Positions 40,780 through 55,290 of a DNA stretch of 64,000 nt are shown here, piece after piece. The DNA lies in assembly GCF_006345805.1 (NCBI RefSeq), contig NW_021833110.1:11775-75774 (forward strand), in the 5' to 3' direction. The stretch is from Octopus sinensis. Its lineage: Eukaryota. The notes beneath the pieces were generated by a model that had not been told where the DNA came from, did not search any database, and was given only the letters and a program-made list of their open reading frames with translations. Position 1 is the first letter of the stretch; the number at the start of each line of letters is the position of its first letter. A program made the translations under genes and the position numbers.

Positions 40780-41260
40780 GTATTTTTCAATTTCGTTTTC
40801 AATCCTTCGGGTTCCTGTTTGATGCTATATATAATTCCGCTTATTCGTAAACCCTTTCTATCTAGATTTATATCTCAAATATTTTAATAATTTCTTCTCG
40901 GTTTCCTGCATCAAATGCATGTATATAATCAATGGAACATAGATGCAAGACTTGTTCCCACATTGCCCTTTCGTTTATGTTTCTCAGGATATGCACAGCA
41001 TTAGATATTCCTCTATAATCAACAAATCCATCTTGTGCGGTTGAGTTCCAACGCTTGATATCGTTTCGGAATCTCAGCGCCAACGCTCCAACCAAAGATT
41101 CTACAACGTACGCTCATAAGCCTGATCACTCTGGATAATTTATATTCTGAAATTATTTGACAGGGTTTCCATACATATTCTGAAAACATTCTCGTGGTCA
41201 TCCTGCGTTTGTCATTCCTTTAATAACGAATATTGTGGTATGGTACCTTAACAGCCTGTG
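40780..41260 (-). pseudogene. Decayed non-LTR (probably RTE-clade) LINE reverse transcriptase fragment
   Basis: AQDGFVDYRGISNAVHILRNINERAMWEQVLHLCSIDYIHAFDAGNREEI matches the QxGF...LR...FIDYxKAFD block of LINE RTs. Upstream RVIRLMS resembles YRxISLMS. Frameshifted. Confidence 0.8.
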
Positions 41261-41690
41261 AAATAATACTATTCGTTCTAGCGGTTTTCTAATCGAATAT
41301 TTCTAACATTGGGTGATTGATCTCTCCATTGCACAAAGTTCAACAGTAAAAGATTTTGCTCTCTGAAATTGTTGGTTGCGTTACACACACACATACACAC
41401 ACACACAAACACACACACACACTCACATATATATATGTTTGTGTGTGTGTGCATGTGTGCACGTATGTATATATGCATGTATGTGTGTATGCGTGTATGC
41501 ATGTGTATGTATGCATGTGTGTGAATGTATATATATATACATATATATACACACATATACGTATAAATATATATATATTTTGTTCTCTCTAGTTTCAGCT
41601 CAGAGCTGCCGGCATGCTGTTGCACCGCCGTTTATAAAATACGATCCTCGGGATCTTTCGCCCATATATATACATATGTATATATGTATA

Positions 41691-41792
<102 letters not shown>

Positions 41793-42039
41793 ATATATAT
41801 ATATATGTAATATATATATTCGTATATGTATACCTACATACGTATTCATACACACATATAAAACACACACACACACACCCACACATTTAAAATGTGTGGT
41901 GGGTGGTAAAAAGTAGGTATTAGAAACTGATCATAGAATTTTTAGTATCACTGAAGTCATAACGAAAACATTTTTTAAACAGACAACACTAATGAGGATT
42001 TCTTTTTTTCTTATCTTATTTCCTTTTGATTATTTTTGC

Positions 42040-42745
42040 AGATAGCCGGTCGCTTGATTGCTCACGAGCGAGCTAAGATAGCTGCACGCTATGAAGCGTA
42101 GCGTGCAGGCTATGAGACCGTGGCGTGCATGGAAAGGTAATCATGTAACACTACGTCCGGAGACGATAAAAATGTTGTCATGCAAAGCTAATGACCACGG
42201 ACTCAGTGAATGATGCAAGAAGACGTGCCCGTCCAACCACATACCAATCAGCGGAGAGCGTAGCAACAGAGTAAGTAATTTTTAACTGCAGACCACCAAT
42301 CAGCGGAGAGCGTAGCAACAGTGCAAGTAATGTTTAACCGCAAAAATTAACACGTAAAGCAACCCGTGAAAATAAACTAACAAGGTACACAATACGTACG
42401 GTGTTGCATAAAGAATTGAATTTTCGCCCAGGAAAACCACATTACGTGCAGGAGCTAAAACCTGAAGACTATGATTGCAGAAGACAAGAAGTGCAGAACT
42501 CCCAAGAAGTCCAGATCTCATTCATGTGATTTTTACCTGTGGGGTTTCACAAAAGAGGAGGTGTACAATACAAAACCTCGCACATTAGAGGACTTGGAAA
42601 CACAGATTCAGGAGGTTCTCAATGCTATCCAAGACGACATCCTTCAGAAGGTTGTTCATTCCATCCCTGACCGTTCGAGGGAACTGGTCGACGCCACTGG
42701 TGCTTATGTTGAAATATGAAGATTTACTTTCATTTTCTCATGGAA
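42040..42745 (+). mobile_element. Internally deleted Tc1/mariner-superfamily transposon relic (maT/rosa-like C-terminus)
   Basis: C-terminal PRSPDL/xCDFYLWGFTKEEVYNTKPRTLEDLETQIQEVLNAIQDDILQKVV...GAYVEI, frameshifted. N-terminal-like KLMTTDSVNDARRRARPT. Internal ~51-bp tandem duplication at 42244-42340. Confidence 0.82.
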
Positions 42746-42751
42746 TTGAGA

Positions 42752-42890
42752 ACATATACACATACATATAATACACATATACACATAAAGACATATACAC
42801 ATACATATAATACACATATACACATAAAGACATATACACATACATATAATACACATATACACATAAAGACATATACGCATATAAACATAC
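42752..42890. repeat. 39-bp minisatellite, ~3.5 copies
   Basis: ACATATACACATACATATAATACACATATACACATAAAG repeated in phase. Confidence 0.9.
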
Positions 42891-43769
42891 ACGGTTTCAC
42901 ACATACATAAATGCATCTCCCTCTTCCTATCTATCCAGCTATACATGTATACACACACATACACACACACACACTCACACACAAACACATATATATATAG
43001 GCATACATATATGTACGTATGTATTATTCATGCCACAAAAAAAAAACGGTTTCCGAGGTCTATATTTATGTGACTGAACATCATGGTGTGTCGCGTCTTA
43101 TTTCATAAGATGACTCCAGATACGAGTATATATGCCAGATCTTAAGCCTCTGTTTTAAAAAATCGATAGGAATATTAAAAAAAGACACAATTTTAACGAA
43201 AATGTTGTTGGAGTTGTAAAATAAATAGATTAAGATTTTGGTGGAGTTAGAGATAGAATTTTACAAAAGATAAAAAATGAAGACGAAAATATATAAATGA
43301 ATAAATGAGTTTTTTTTTAAGGATGCAGAATGAAAATAAGAAAATGTCTGAAAAGTAAGTGAGGAAAGGTGAATAAGAGTGAAATATTTATAAGAGAATT
43401 ATAAGAATGGACGTCTTCAGTGAAGAAGGACAGAGAAGATGTTTGATTGTGTCTGAGAGGGAAATCTAAAAGGAAGTGAGAGAGACAGAGAGAGAGATAC
43501 AGAGAGAGAGAAAGAGAGGTGGATGAGAGAGGGAGATAAGGAGAACGGGGGAGGAGAGATAATGGAAAGAGGAGTAAAGATGGCGTGTTGTAATATTTTC
43601 TTTGTTTTAAGAGAACTTGAAAATAAATGTTGCGGGTTGAATAGTCAATTATGTGAAGAGGTAATAACAAAAAAATAAATAAATAAATACGCCATGAACA
43701 ACGACACACACACTCACACACACACACAAATATATATATACATTTATATATATATACATTTATATATAT

Positions 43770-43888
<119 letters not shown>

Positions 43889-43958
43889 ACGTGTGTATAT
43901 GTGTTCGTGTGTGTCTGTGTGCGCGCATGCTTATATATATAGATATACATATACATAC

Positions 43959-43991
<33 letters not shown>

Positions 43992-44517
43992 TAAATAGCT
44001 AGCTAGATAGTTAGATAGATAGATAGATAGATAGATAGTTAGATAAATAGATAGGTAGATAGATAGATAGATGATAGATAGATAGAGAGAGATAGACAGA
44101 TAGATAGATATATGCATACATAGGTGTATATATATAAATTTACGAGTGTGTGTGTACTTTTCTGTTAAAGTTTCATTATTTATTACTAATCTTATAACTC
44201 ACATTGAATTCTCTTCAACACGCTTACGCACTCACACGAGTACACAACATACAAATATACGTATGCATGTGTGAATGTGTGTATTTGTTATTTCAAATAT
44301 CTTTCCCTTTAAAAAAAGATGGCGCATAGTGTAAGGTCCACATAGAGCTTTCCACTAGCAGGCTTAGCGGTCAATTAACGGCTGCGACATCGCCGTAAAA
44401 TGTTCACGAATTTTACTTTCCTTTTCTAATTTTATTTTTTTATCTCTCAACACTTAATAACACATTGTTATTAAAATGGGTTCTAGATTAACCAATGTGA
44501 CATTGTGTTATTAAGTA

Positions 44518-44950
44518 GGCGCAGGAGTGGCTGTGTGGTAAGTTGGTTGCTAACCAACCACATGGTTCTGGGTTCAGTCCCACTGCGTGGCATCTTGGGC
44601 AAGTGTCTTCTGCTAGAGCCCCGGGCCGACCAATGTCTTGTGAGTGGATTTGGTAGACGGAAACTGAAAGAAGCACTTCGTATATATGTATATATATATA
44701 TATATATTATATATATATGTGTGTGTATGTGTGTGTGTGTCTGTCTGTTTTTGTCCCCCTAGCATTGCTTCTTGACAACCGATGCTGGTGTGTTTATGTC
44801 CCCGTAACTTAGCGGTTCGGCAAAAGAGACCGATAGAATAAGTACTGGGCTTACAAAAGAATAAGTCCCCGGGTCGAGTTGCTCGATTAAAGGCGGTGCT
44901 CCAGCATGGCCGCAGCCAAAAGACTGAAACAAGTAAAAGAGTAAATGAGT
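44518..44950 (+). mobile_element. Full-length SINE family A
   Basis: GGCGCAGGAGTGGCTGTGTGGTAAG...GGGTTCAGTCCCACTGCGTGGCATCTTGGGCAAGTGTCTTC...GGCGGTGCTCCAGCATGGCCGCAG...GAAACAAGTAAAAGAGT. Confidence 0.92.
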
Positions 44951-45404
44951 AAAGTAGAGTAGATTGGAGTATGACAGATCTTTTGGTGGGTGTGTCTACT
45001 CGAACTGAAAACATTCGCTTTTGCCTTATGTCTAATGGCAACCAAAAAGTATTGAGTCTGGTGAATCACGTGATAAAACTGATCACACCGGAGGCGGATA
45101 AAAGTTATGAATGCTACTGCAACGGGATTTCCATTGGAAGAAGGAAAATTGCCAAAAGGTAACTTAATAAGTTAATAATTTATTAATTTATCTTTTCATT
45201 CAGCGACTTTTGTTCGTAATATTTACATATAAAGAAAATTATTCGGAAATATAGGTAAGGCTTTCTTCCACAAAATAATGTCCATTATATATTAAGTTAA
45301 TATAGTTGACAAAGAAACCTTTATTTTATACATATTTACAAATATATATGTATATATATATATATATATACGTATATATATATATGTGTGTGTGTGTATA
45401 TATA

Positions 45405-45452
<48 letters not shown>

Positions 45453-45481
45453 GTATATATATACATATATATATACATATG

Positions 45482-45562
45482 GGCGTAGGAGTGGCTGTGT
45501 GGTAAGTAGACTGCTTACACAGGGTCCCGTGTTCAGTCCCACTGCGTGGCATCTTGGGTAAG
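45482..45562 (+). mobile_element. SINE family A 5' fragment
   Basis: GGCGTAGGAGTGGCTGTGTGGTAAGTAG...GTTCAGTCCCACTGCGTGGCATCTTGGG. Confidence 0.85.
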
Positions 45563-46851
45563 ATGTTAGACTTCTCTTCTGGCCATATTGCTTCAGCTTT
45601 TCCTGTTGCTAGGCTAATGGTCCCCAAATTTAGAGACAGGCACTTCTTTCGGACTGATGTTTCTCAATATAAAATTTTATTTTCACGAACAGTGTCCACG
45701 CATTTTGTTTCTATCTCCTCAAGAACCCAAAGTAACAGAAGCAAAAAACGACACCCAAACTTTGTGAAAAATTACTTTATTTACGGATGCGGAAAAAAAA
45801 TGGGCTTGCAGGAGGTAAAAAATCGTAAAAAAAAACGAAAAGATAAAAGGGATATCTACTATAATTATTGCATTTGTTATTTATTAAATTTAAAAGTGAT
45901 GAAACGATGGAGGGGGGATCCACGAAAAGTGGATAATTGAAGTGAGAGCAAGAGCAGAAAACACATGTTTTTGGACGAGACAATATAAATGTAACAGCAG
46001 AAAGCCAAGCTAAAATTTCTCAGCCACCCGTTATCGTCTAGGCCGGTTTGAAGAGTTAGCTCAGAGCGTTGAAATGACAAATATCACGATAGATGGACCG
46101 GGAAATTGTGGGCAGCTGTCTATAAAGGGAGGGGAAAAAAGGATAATGAAAATACAAGCGAGATACAGAACCACGACCAACGCTCCAAATACTATTGTAT
46201 AAAACATTAAAAGAAGAAGAGAAGAAACGAAGCAAAGAACGGAAGTATGAATGTATGAACTCCTAATGCGATTCGAGTATAAAGAAATTAAAGAATTGAG
46301 GATCTAAGACAAATAGTTTGAAGATTAGAACATGAAACCGAAGAATATAGAGAAAGAATAATAGATCTTTCAAGTCAAAGAAGCGCAGTGAGAACAAAGA
46401 GATTCAAAGCGAATAAATGAAAGAATCTCCAAGAGAATAGTGAATGAAACAGACGATAATAGATATTAGAAGATAGCAGTAATGCTGCAAGCATAAAGCA
46501 TGTACGGCTTGATACGACATAATGCATGAATATAATTAAATTTTCTGAAACAAATACGGAAAATGATTTCTACGGTGAATTTTTAATTATATACATAAAT
46601 AGATATGCATATATATATATAATATATATACATAATAGTTATGCACATATATATATATATATATATATATATGTGTTTGTGTGTTTGAGAGAGAGAGATT
46701 GCGTGTATAGATATATATCGTGAAAATTTACAAAAATATAAAAGACGAAGACGGGTATGTAAACAACAGATGTAATAGTGTAACGCTGTGTGCGTATATA
46801 TATATATGTGTGTATATATACATACATAACTTGCACGCACACACACACACG

Positions 46852-46888
<37 letters not shown>

Positions 46889-46890
<2 letters not shown>

Positions 46891-47300
46891 ATGGCAGACT
46901 AGTAAGTATACAAGACGCCTACATGATAGGAGACGCTAATGTCTAAAAGCTACCTAACATATCATCATAAAATAAAACACGCACCGTACTCGTGCAAATA
47001 AACGAAACGAATTCATGACACGGTTCAGTTACATATCAATTGATTTCAAGAATAAGGAGAAATCCCTTTTTCTATCATCAGTGTAATATAACCAGCTCAA
47101 TGCACATAAGCACGAACAAAACACACACGTAATCTATATATGTGTGTGTATATGGTCGTGATGCATGTGCCTGGTGTACCCGTATCGGATGGGTAGCCAT
47201 GATGGGTACACAAGACCTCGTATACTTTACGACAGTGTCACTTTGAAGGCATACCCGGCTCTCTCACTCACTAATAATACATCGATCACAGTATATATAT

Positions 47301-47337
<37 letters not shown>

Positions 47338-47739
47338 CAATGGCAGACTAGTAAGTATACAAGACGCCTACATGATAGGAGACGCTAATGTCTAAAAGCT
47401 ACCTAACATATCATCATAAAATAAAACACGCACCGTACTCGTGCAAATAAACGAAACGAATTCATGACACGGTTCAGTTACATATCAATTGATTTCAAGA
47501 ATAAGGAGAAATCCCTTTTTCTATCATCAGTGTAATATAACCAGCTCAATGCACATAAGCACGAACAAAACACACACGTAATCTATATATGTGTGTGTAT
47601 ATGGTCGTGATGCATGTGCCTGGTGTACCCGTATCGGATGGGTAGCCATGATGGGTACACAAGACCTCGTATACTTTACGACAGTGTCACTTTGAAGGCA
47701 TACCCGGCTCTCTCACTCACTAATAATACATCGATCACA

Positions 47740-47790
<51 letters not shown>
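46889..47790. repeat. Near-perfect tandem duplication, 449-bp period
   Basis: CAATGGCAGACTAGTAAG starts at 46889 and 47338, and CGATCACAG ends at 47291 and 47740. The ORF starts at 47165 and 47614 are identical. Units are bounded by (TA)n. Confidence 0.95.
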
Positions 47791-47800
<10 letters not shown>

Positions 47801-48604
47801 ATGGTCTACCCTCAGTTTCCTTATACCAACTCAACTCACATGGATCTGGTCATAGTAGTAGACACTTGTCCAAAGTCTCATGCAGTGGGCCTGAATCCGG
47901 ATCGATGTTGTTGAGAGGCAAATTCCTTGTCCGTTTTTACGTTCTGAATCCAGTTTTCTTCGAGGTCGACGTTACATTTCAGCCTATCGCGATTGATAAA
48001 ATAAGTGTCCATCGGCCAATTGTTCCAATGTAATCGACCAATACTTCCCCCCAAAATTACCTGCTGTATGACAATTTAAAACAGTTATTATAATTGTTAT
48101 GATGTCATGTAAAAACAACCACAAGCCATGACTGACACGAATTTTTATCTACAGCATTTAAAATAAACAGTTCAAACGAGATATACTAGATAAAGACGTG
48201 GAATTATTACGATCAAAATGTATGAGACGTAATAGAAACTAGGTGGACTTAACAAATGGGTAAGAATTTTACTATACAAAGTACCCCGATCAAAATATTT
48301 TTTTCCTCCTGAAATGCAGGTGTATGGAAATTTTACAGCAGGTATGACGAAGTTCGCAATAATGAGATGCACTCTATTCAGTGCAATTCTACAGCTAATG
48401 TTGAAAATTGCTAAACAACTAATTTTTAACGTTATCAGACATATGGTTTTATCAGTCGTGTTAATTGGTTATCTCGGTATCGAAACTAAGTTGGTAGAAT
48501 TGGTCACAAAATGAAATAGTTTTTAAATCATCAGAGAAGTGCCCTTTGTAGTTTGATCATCGATCCATTTATCACTTTATTTTCTAACCACGTATATACG
48601 TATA

Positions 48605-48636
<32 letters not shown>

Positions 48637-48660
48637 GATATATATATATATATATAGTAT

Positions 48661-48711
<51 letters not shown>

Positions 48712-48974
48712 TACATATATACATACATATACATATACATTTACATATTCTTAATCTATATACCTACCGACATACCTGACCTCCTACTCGTCTGTGTATC
48801 TATATGTCTATCTATTAATCTATCTAACTATATATCTATCTATATATATGCATATGCACACACACACACACACATATATAATATATACATTCATACACAC
48901 ATATATGTTTATATATATATATTCAACATCTAATTTTCTTTTATATATACATATATATATCTTTGTGGTGTATG

Positions 48975-49028
<54 letters not shown>

Positions 49029-49581
49029 TATATGTGTGTGTGTATGTGTGCGTGTTATTATATATACACTCATATATATATATATATATATATATATCCA
49101 CTCACACATATATATATACGAGATCGTTACGCACAGTGCTGCAGAGAAATTTGAAAAAAGTATTGTGAAAGAAATGTCTTTGATCATTTAAGCAGAATGT
49201 TATCTTAACCTTTTCGGTACATTTTTTTTCCACTTTAATTCGATTGCCAGAATGGTGACACTTGGAACAAGTAATTAATGGTTCATTACTGGTTCCTTAA
49301 AATGGCTTCGAGAATTGTCCATGTGCAATGACTTATAGATAGTTTTTCATACAGCCAATGAATACGCACAGCAACGGGTTACGCACTCGCGCAACCCTCC
49401 ACCCACTTACTCAAGAGTTTGCACACATTGACACGCTAAGTCCCACGCGCACAATATCTTAGTAATATACATACATCCACATATATAATATAGATATATA
49501 TATATATATCTATATATACATATAATATTATATTTATATATGTATATATATATATATATATTAAAATATATATATATACAG

Positions 49582-49612
<31 letters not shown>

Positions 49613-49747
49613 CAAGCATATATTCATACATGCAAGCACACATTCATATATATATATATTAATCTATATCTATATATACATACATACATACATATGTTAT
49701 ACTTATATATATGCGTATATACTTATATATACATATATATATATAAG

Positions 49748-49798
<51 letters not shown>

Positions 49799-51054
49799 AT
49801 GCATATGTCGTATGTGTGAATCTGTATGTAAATACGTAGAGAGAAGAGAGAGAGCGAAAGAGAGAGAGAGGGAGAAAGAGAGAGAGAATGAGGTGCAACA
49901 AGGAAAAGTGAGAGAGAAGCTGATGAAAATATACAATGATATTAACTTTTTTCTTGGTCGTAAGAAGCTTTTCGCTTTCTAGAAACGTACTCAGTACTTC
50001 AGTCTGCGCCTATTGTTTGGTTGTCCATAAATCAAGAAAGTGATATCACGCAGCGAAAGAGGAAGTGAGTGGATTTACTTTACAATAATCGAGCAATATA
50101 TATCTAGTTATCGCTTCCAAAACCTCCAACCGTTTCCGCGTCGATTGCTCTTGGCAACATTAGCGAGACTTCGAAATTAGCGAGCTGACAAAATCGTTAA
50201 CACGCCGTACAAAATGCTTAGCGTCATTTCGTCCGTCTTTAAGTTCTGATTTCAAATTCCACCACATTCGAAATTGCCTTCATCCTTTCGGAGCAATGAA
50301 ATCTACTTATGCCCTTGCCTGAGATTGCAGGACTTCTGCAAAAACTCTGGCACAAATATTCGGAAGTGATCAGAAATGTTGGCCAGTGTATTACGGGTAT
50401 TTTAGAATAGAGGGACCACCACACTCGCCACAAACGCAATCAGGATAGCTTCATTCCATGAACGGGAACATTGAGTATAAACAACAGACGAAGAAACATT
50501 GCTTCACACCATCCCGATGAACTCCCTCAGCATCCAAAAACAAAAGAATCACATAAAATATTTACGTATTTAACCCAAAATATAATATAATATAAAACAC
50601 ATTCACCGTCCAAGAAGGTGTTTTTTTCCCCACAAGCCTATACCCAAGGAGAAATGTTCTATGATTTATAATTTTCGTTAAGAGACATTTTGTGAACTCC
50701 TGAGATCCTTCACGAGATATTTTGTGGTTTCACCCGAAATGTAGACGAACAACATTCTTTCATGTAATTGGCTGAAAAGCTGTAAACATAAAAATATGTT
50801 TCGTCCGACCTGAAACCAATATTAGCCTTAATGTACATGTATATATATATATATGAATATATTATTATATAATATGTATATATATATATAATATATATAT
50901 ATAATATATCGATATATATATATCTTATATAATTGTATATGTGTGTGTATGTGTATGTATGTACGTATTTATGTATATATGTATACATCTACATGTACGA
51001 TACAAGTACATCAAAATATCAATCTCTGTCTCTCCATATATATAAAGATATATT

Positions 51055-51690
51055 CTTTTTATCCTTTTACTTGTTTCAGTCATGTGACTGCGGCCATGCT
51101 GGAGCACCGCCTTTAGTCGAAGAAATCGAACCCAGGACTTATTCTTTGTAAGCCTAGTACTTATTCTATCCGTCAGCTTCGCTGAAACCACTAATTTACG
51201 TGGACGGAAACAAACCAATATCAGTTGTCAAGGGATGTCAGACACATATATGCACCCCCCACACACACACATGAACGCACACACACACACAGATACTCAC
51301 GCACGCACACATGTTTATATAGACGACGGGTTTCTTTCCATTTCCGTTACCAAATTCCCTCACAAGGCATTGGTCAGACCGAGGCTATAGTACAGTGTTT
51401 CCCAACCAGGCGTGCTCGCACCCCTTGCGGGTGCGAGAAAGCATGCCAGGCTTTCGAGTAGGGCTGGACTTACAGGGTGTCTAAGGAGGCAATTTCACCG
51501 TGTACATTTATTCTTATATAAATCATTAGTTTAAGGCGAGCGAGAACATATTTTAGGTTTGCGGGGCATAACAAAGGTTAAGAACCACTGCTATAGTAGA
51601 AGAAAATGATCAAGGTGCAACGCAGTGGGACCGAACCCGGATCCATGTGGTTGGAAAGCAAACTTCTTACCGCACAGCCACTCCTGCATA
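51055..51690 (-). mobile_element. SINE family A copy interrupted by a hAT MITE
   Basis: 3' half TTTTACTTGTTTCAGTCATGTGACTGCGGCCATGCTGGAGCACCGCC; the 5' head resumes after 51598 (CGCAGTGGGACCGAACCCGG...CACAGCCACTCCTGC). Confidence 0.88.
51393..51590. mobile_element. hAT (Charlie-like) MITE with 8-bp TSD
   Basis: TIRs CAGTGTTTCCCAACC and GGTTAAGAACCACTG; TSD CTATAGTA at 51385-51392 and 51591-51598. Confidence 0.88.
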
Positions 51691-52929
51691 CATTCATATA
51701 TATATATATGCACTTACGCACGCATATACATATACTTACATATATTTGTATATGAGTCTATGCACCTATATATATCTGCGTATTGTGAGCATGGGAATGT
51801 GTTCGTCCTTCGCTATACATGTTTACGCGTAATCAGACCCACGTGGAGGTGATGTGAGGAAATTGCATCAGCGTTATACTGAAAAAATAAAGATGTTTTG
51901 TCTTGAAGCTTGTGTGTACGTGTACAAGTATGAGTGTTTATTGGAATATACACGATCGTGTATGTTGTTACGTATATGTGTAGTTGCGAGTACATGTCAA
52001 GATACAAGTTGATGTTGATAATTTACATTTGTTTCTACCATTATGTGTTTGCCTGGTGGCAAGTTCTCTGCTTATTCTCTGTATTGAGAAATACATATAT
52101 TATCTTATATATATATATATATATCTATATATAATATATATATATAGATATATATATATATATATATAAGTATGTATGTATGTATGTATATGTGTGTGTG
52201 TATTCAACCGCACACCCACACATAGACATATATTTATATGTATGTAGATATAATATATAATATAATATATAGGTGTGTGGTTAATATATATATATAAATA
52301 TATATGTAAATATATGTGTGTGGGGGGTTGTATATGTGCGTTTGTGTGTGCGTGTGTATGTCAGCATGTGTGTATATGTCTGTGTGTATATGAGTGTGTA
52401 TATATGTAATGTGTATCCATGTGATTGTACCAGGTACACATTTGAATATATGTGTGTGTATATATATATATATGTCTGTGTGTGTGCATGTGTGTGTGTA
52501 AATACGTATATGAGACTGTATGTATGTGTTTGTGTGTGTGTTTGTATGAGACTGAATGTGTGTGTATGTGTGTCTCTCTGTGTGCATGTGTATGTGTGGG
52601 TGCGTATCGGTGACTGCATTGATTCGTCGAAAAACGATGTTTCGTATTGTGCAGCTCTATTTTGGTCTCCTTCCTGCTTCTGCTTCGCTGCGCAATGTTT
52701 TGCCCACATTACACATTGTTATACAGTTTGGAGTCAAAGAGAGGAAGATGAGAAAGCGACAGAAACAGAGAGAGAGAGAGAGAGAGAAAAGGCGAATGGC
52801 AAATAGTGACTGAGAGAGAGAGAAGGAGAGAAGGATGGGAAAAGAAGAAAAAAACATTCAGCCATGTAATTTTGGGTCAGAGGCAAGTATCATCATTTTT
52901 TCTCTCCTTCTTCACTCATAAAATCAAAA

Positions 52930-52962
52930 ATAATGATGATGATAAAAATAATAATAATAATA

Positions 52963-53034
<72 letters not shown>

Positions 53035-53057
53035 CAATAGTAGTAATAATAATGATG

Positions 53058-53116
<59 letters not shown>

Positions 53117-53166
53117 TAATAACAACAACAACAACAACAACAACAACAGCAATAATGATAATGATG
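52930..53166. repeat. (AAT)n/(AAC)n repeat
   Basis: Direct reading. Confidence 0.95.
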
Positions 53167-53323
53167 TGGAAGAGAAAAATATTTTTGCGCCTGAGTTGCT
53201 TTATTTTGTCGTATAATATTTTAGTTTGACTATATTATATATAACAATAATGTGAATGGTATAACGATACTAAATTGTAATAATGGGTGCTGCAAAGAAT
53301 CGCCATGTGTGTCTGTAAATATT

Positions 53324-53363
<40 letters not shown>

Positions 53364-54009
53364 GTTAATAATTAAGAATACCTACTGTTACGCTTTTTTC
53401 TTGTGGGGAAACTTTAATATATATCCGTAGACTCGGATCTGGGGCGACGTAACTATAGATATTTTTTCTATAATGGTGGACTTGATTCCTGACTCAGTTT
53501 AACACGAGAACTATATTCATTGCTTCTTGTCACTATGCAGACGTAAAGACATAAAGACATAAAGATATAAACGGTATTTCAGTACCGTGTTTCCTACCGT
53601 CTTCACTTCTCTCCTTCTTCACCGTCAGGATTTATGACTCAGCCCTCCAAAACACACATACTATTGTTAATCGTCTCGGTTTCTGCCTGCCCGAGCTTGC
53701 CTCTTGCTTCTTGGTCAAGGATTTTGTATTTGTATTCATCGCAGGCCGCGTCACAATGGCTGAGTTTCCGTCAATAAAATGCATCGACGGTGTCAGTAAA
53801 AAAAGGTTTCGTCTTAGAGTGAAAATTTTCAGCCACCACAGTAGACTGGTTCTGTATTCATTGACCCAGAAAGGATAAAAGAAAAAGATGTCCTTCGCGA
53901 AATATGAGCTCAAAACTCAGCGAACCTGATGAGTAACTGCCTTTTCATCACGTGCAAGACGATAACAATTTCGCCAATCCATCCAACTCGACTCATATTT
54001 TATTAACTC

Positions 54010-54670
54010 AACCGGAAGAAAAAAGGAGGTCACGTAGATTATGGGTTCGCTTGAAGGAGGGGAGGGGTAGGTTGGGGAAGATGGTAAAGTGGAGGGGTCG
54101 GACTGGAGTCGCCAGAAGCCTCGGAGAATAGTGTGTTGGAGAGCTAATTTGGAGGGATAGTAACTGACGGGAAACGGGAGACGAGTATCGGCGAAGCGAG
54201 TGCGGGGAGAGATAGCAGAGGTACGGCCCATGGAACATGCTCTGGCAAGGGCGGTGTGGATACTAGTGAGGGGATATCCACGAAGGATGAAGTGGCGAGC
54301 TATGATTTGAAATTGCGTCTAAAAGTCATGGTTGTCACTTCACAGCCTGCCTGCGCAGACGTAAAAATTGGGAGTAAGGGATGGAGAGCTTAGTGTGGGT
54401 GGGGTTGGAGGAGGAGAAGCTGAGGTATGCGTGTGAGTCTGTGTGCTTGTAGTGGATGGCGATAGTGAGAGTGGAGTGATGAATGCTGACCGAAATGTCT
54501 AGAAAGGTGACGGAAATGTTGGAAATGGTGCAGGAGAATTCGAGGGCAAGATTGAAGGATTGGACAAAAGAGAGGAAGGAGTGTAGTTGTTCACAGGAGA
54601 GCGAGGTCGCACCGATACAGTCATCAATATAACGACCGTATAGTTCGGGAGTGGAACCAGGGAATTTTGG
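54010..54670 (-). pseudogene. Penelope-like element reverse transcriptase fragment (palm-thumb-linker)
   Basis: Minus-strand translation across frameshifts and stops: PELYGRYIDDCIGATSL...FLSFVQSFNLALEFSCTISNISVTFLDISV...HYKHTDSHAYLSFSSSNPTHTKLSIPYSQFLRLRR...FILRGYP...RLQSDP...FKRTHNLRDLL. These are characteristic PLE motifs. Confidence 0.92.
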
Positions 54671-54729
54671 AAACTATGATCAAGGATTTGATGTGAAAAA
54701 ATTGCCGCCAACAATGAAACAGGGCAGCT

Positions 54730-55290
54730 GTTATGTGATGGTGTGGAGAGTAATTTGGAATAATGGTTGATCAGCGCTGAAAGGTGAGGAAACCATAAGT
54801 TCCGATAAATATGTATCCATATTGCACAAAGAACTCCTTCCAATCTTCTCCGGTGGTGAAATGATTAAAGAAGACTATTTATGGGAGATGGGGCTCCTTG
54901 TCACACAGCTAAAATGACCCAAAGATATATTGGCTGAAAAATGCACTAAAAAGCTTCCATGGCCAAGACAGTCACCAGATATAAATCCTATTGAACACTT
55001 CTGGCACGTAATGGACGGAACACTACATAAAAAGAACAAGGAAGCTTCTTCAAAGTCAGGTCTTTTGAGACTACTGCATGAAACTTGGCAAGAAATTCCG
55101 CAAGAGAATATCTGTCATCTGATCAGTCACATGTCTAATAGGTTCCTTGCATTGAAAAATGCAAAGGGCAGGCCTACTAAATATTCAATATTCTCATCAT
55201 AACAATGACTAAATAATTTGAATGTATAATTTCAGATTCGAATAAATTTTAACGATCACGAGGTTGTCTATTTTCTTCTGCCATACCTGT
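54730..55290 (+). mobile_element. 3' portion of a Tc1-like (DD34E) transposon
   Basis: VMVW...KYVSILHKELLP...FMGDGAPCHTAK, then (frameshifted) LPWPRQSPDINPIEHFW...KNAKGRPTKY. The likely right end is ...CTGCCATACCTG followed by TA. Confidence 0.9.

Noticed and set aside
46140-46500. Purine-rich stretch resembling a decayed LINE ORF1 or endonuclease start
   Set aside because: Many stops and only a vague GSMNV motif; not enough to call.
49205-49382. Possible piggyBac-like MITE (TTAACC...GGGTTA)
   Set aside because: Terminal match too short and the right TTAA target is absent.
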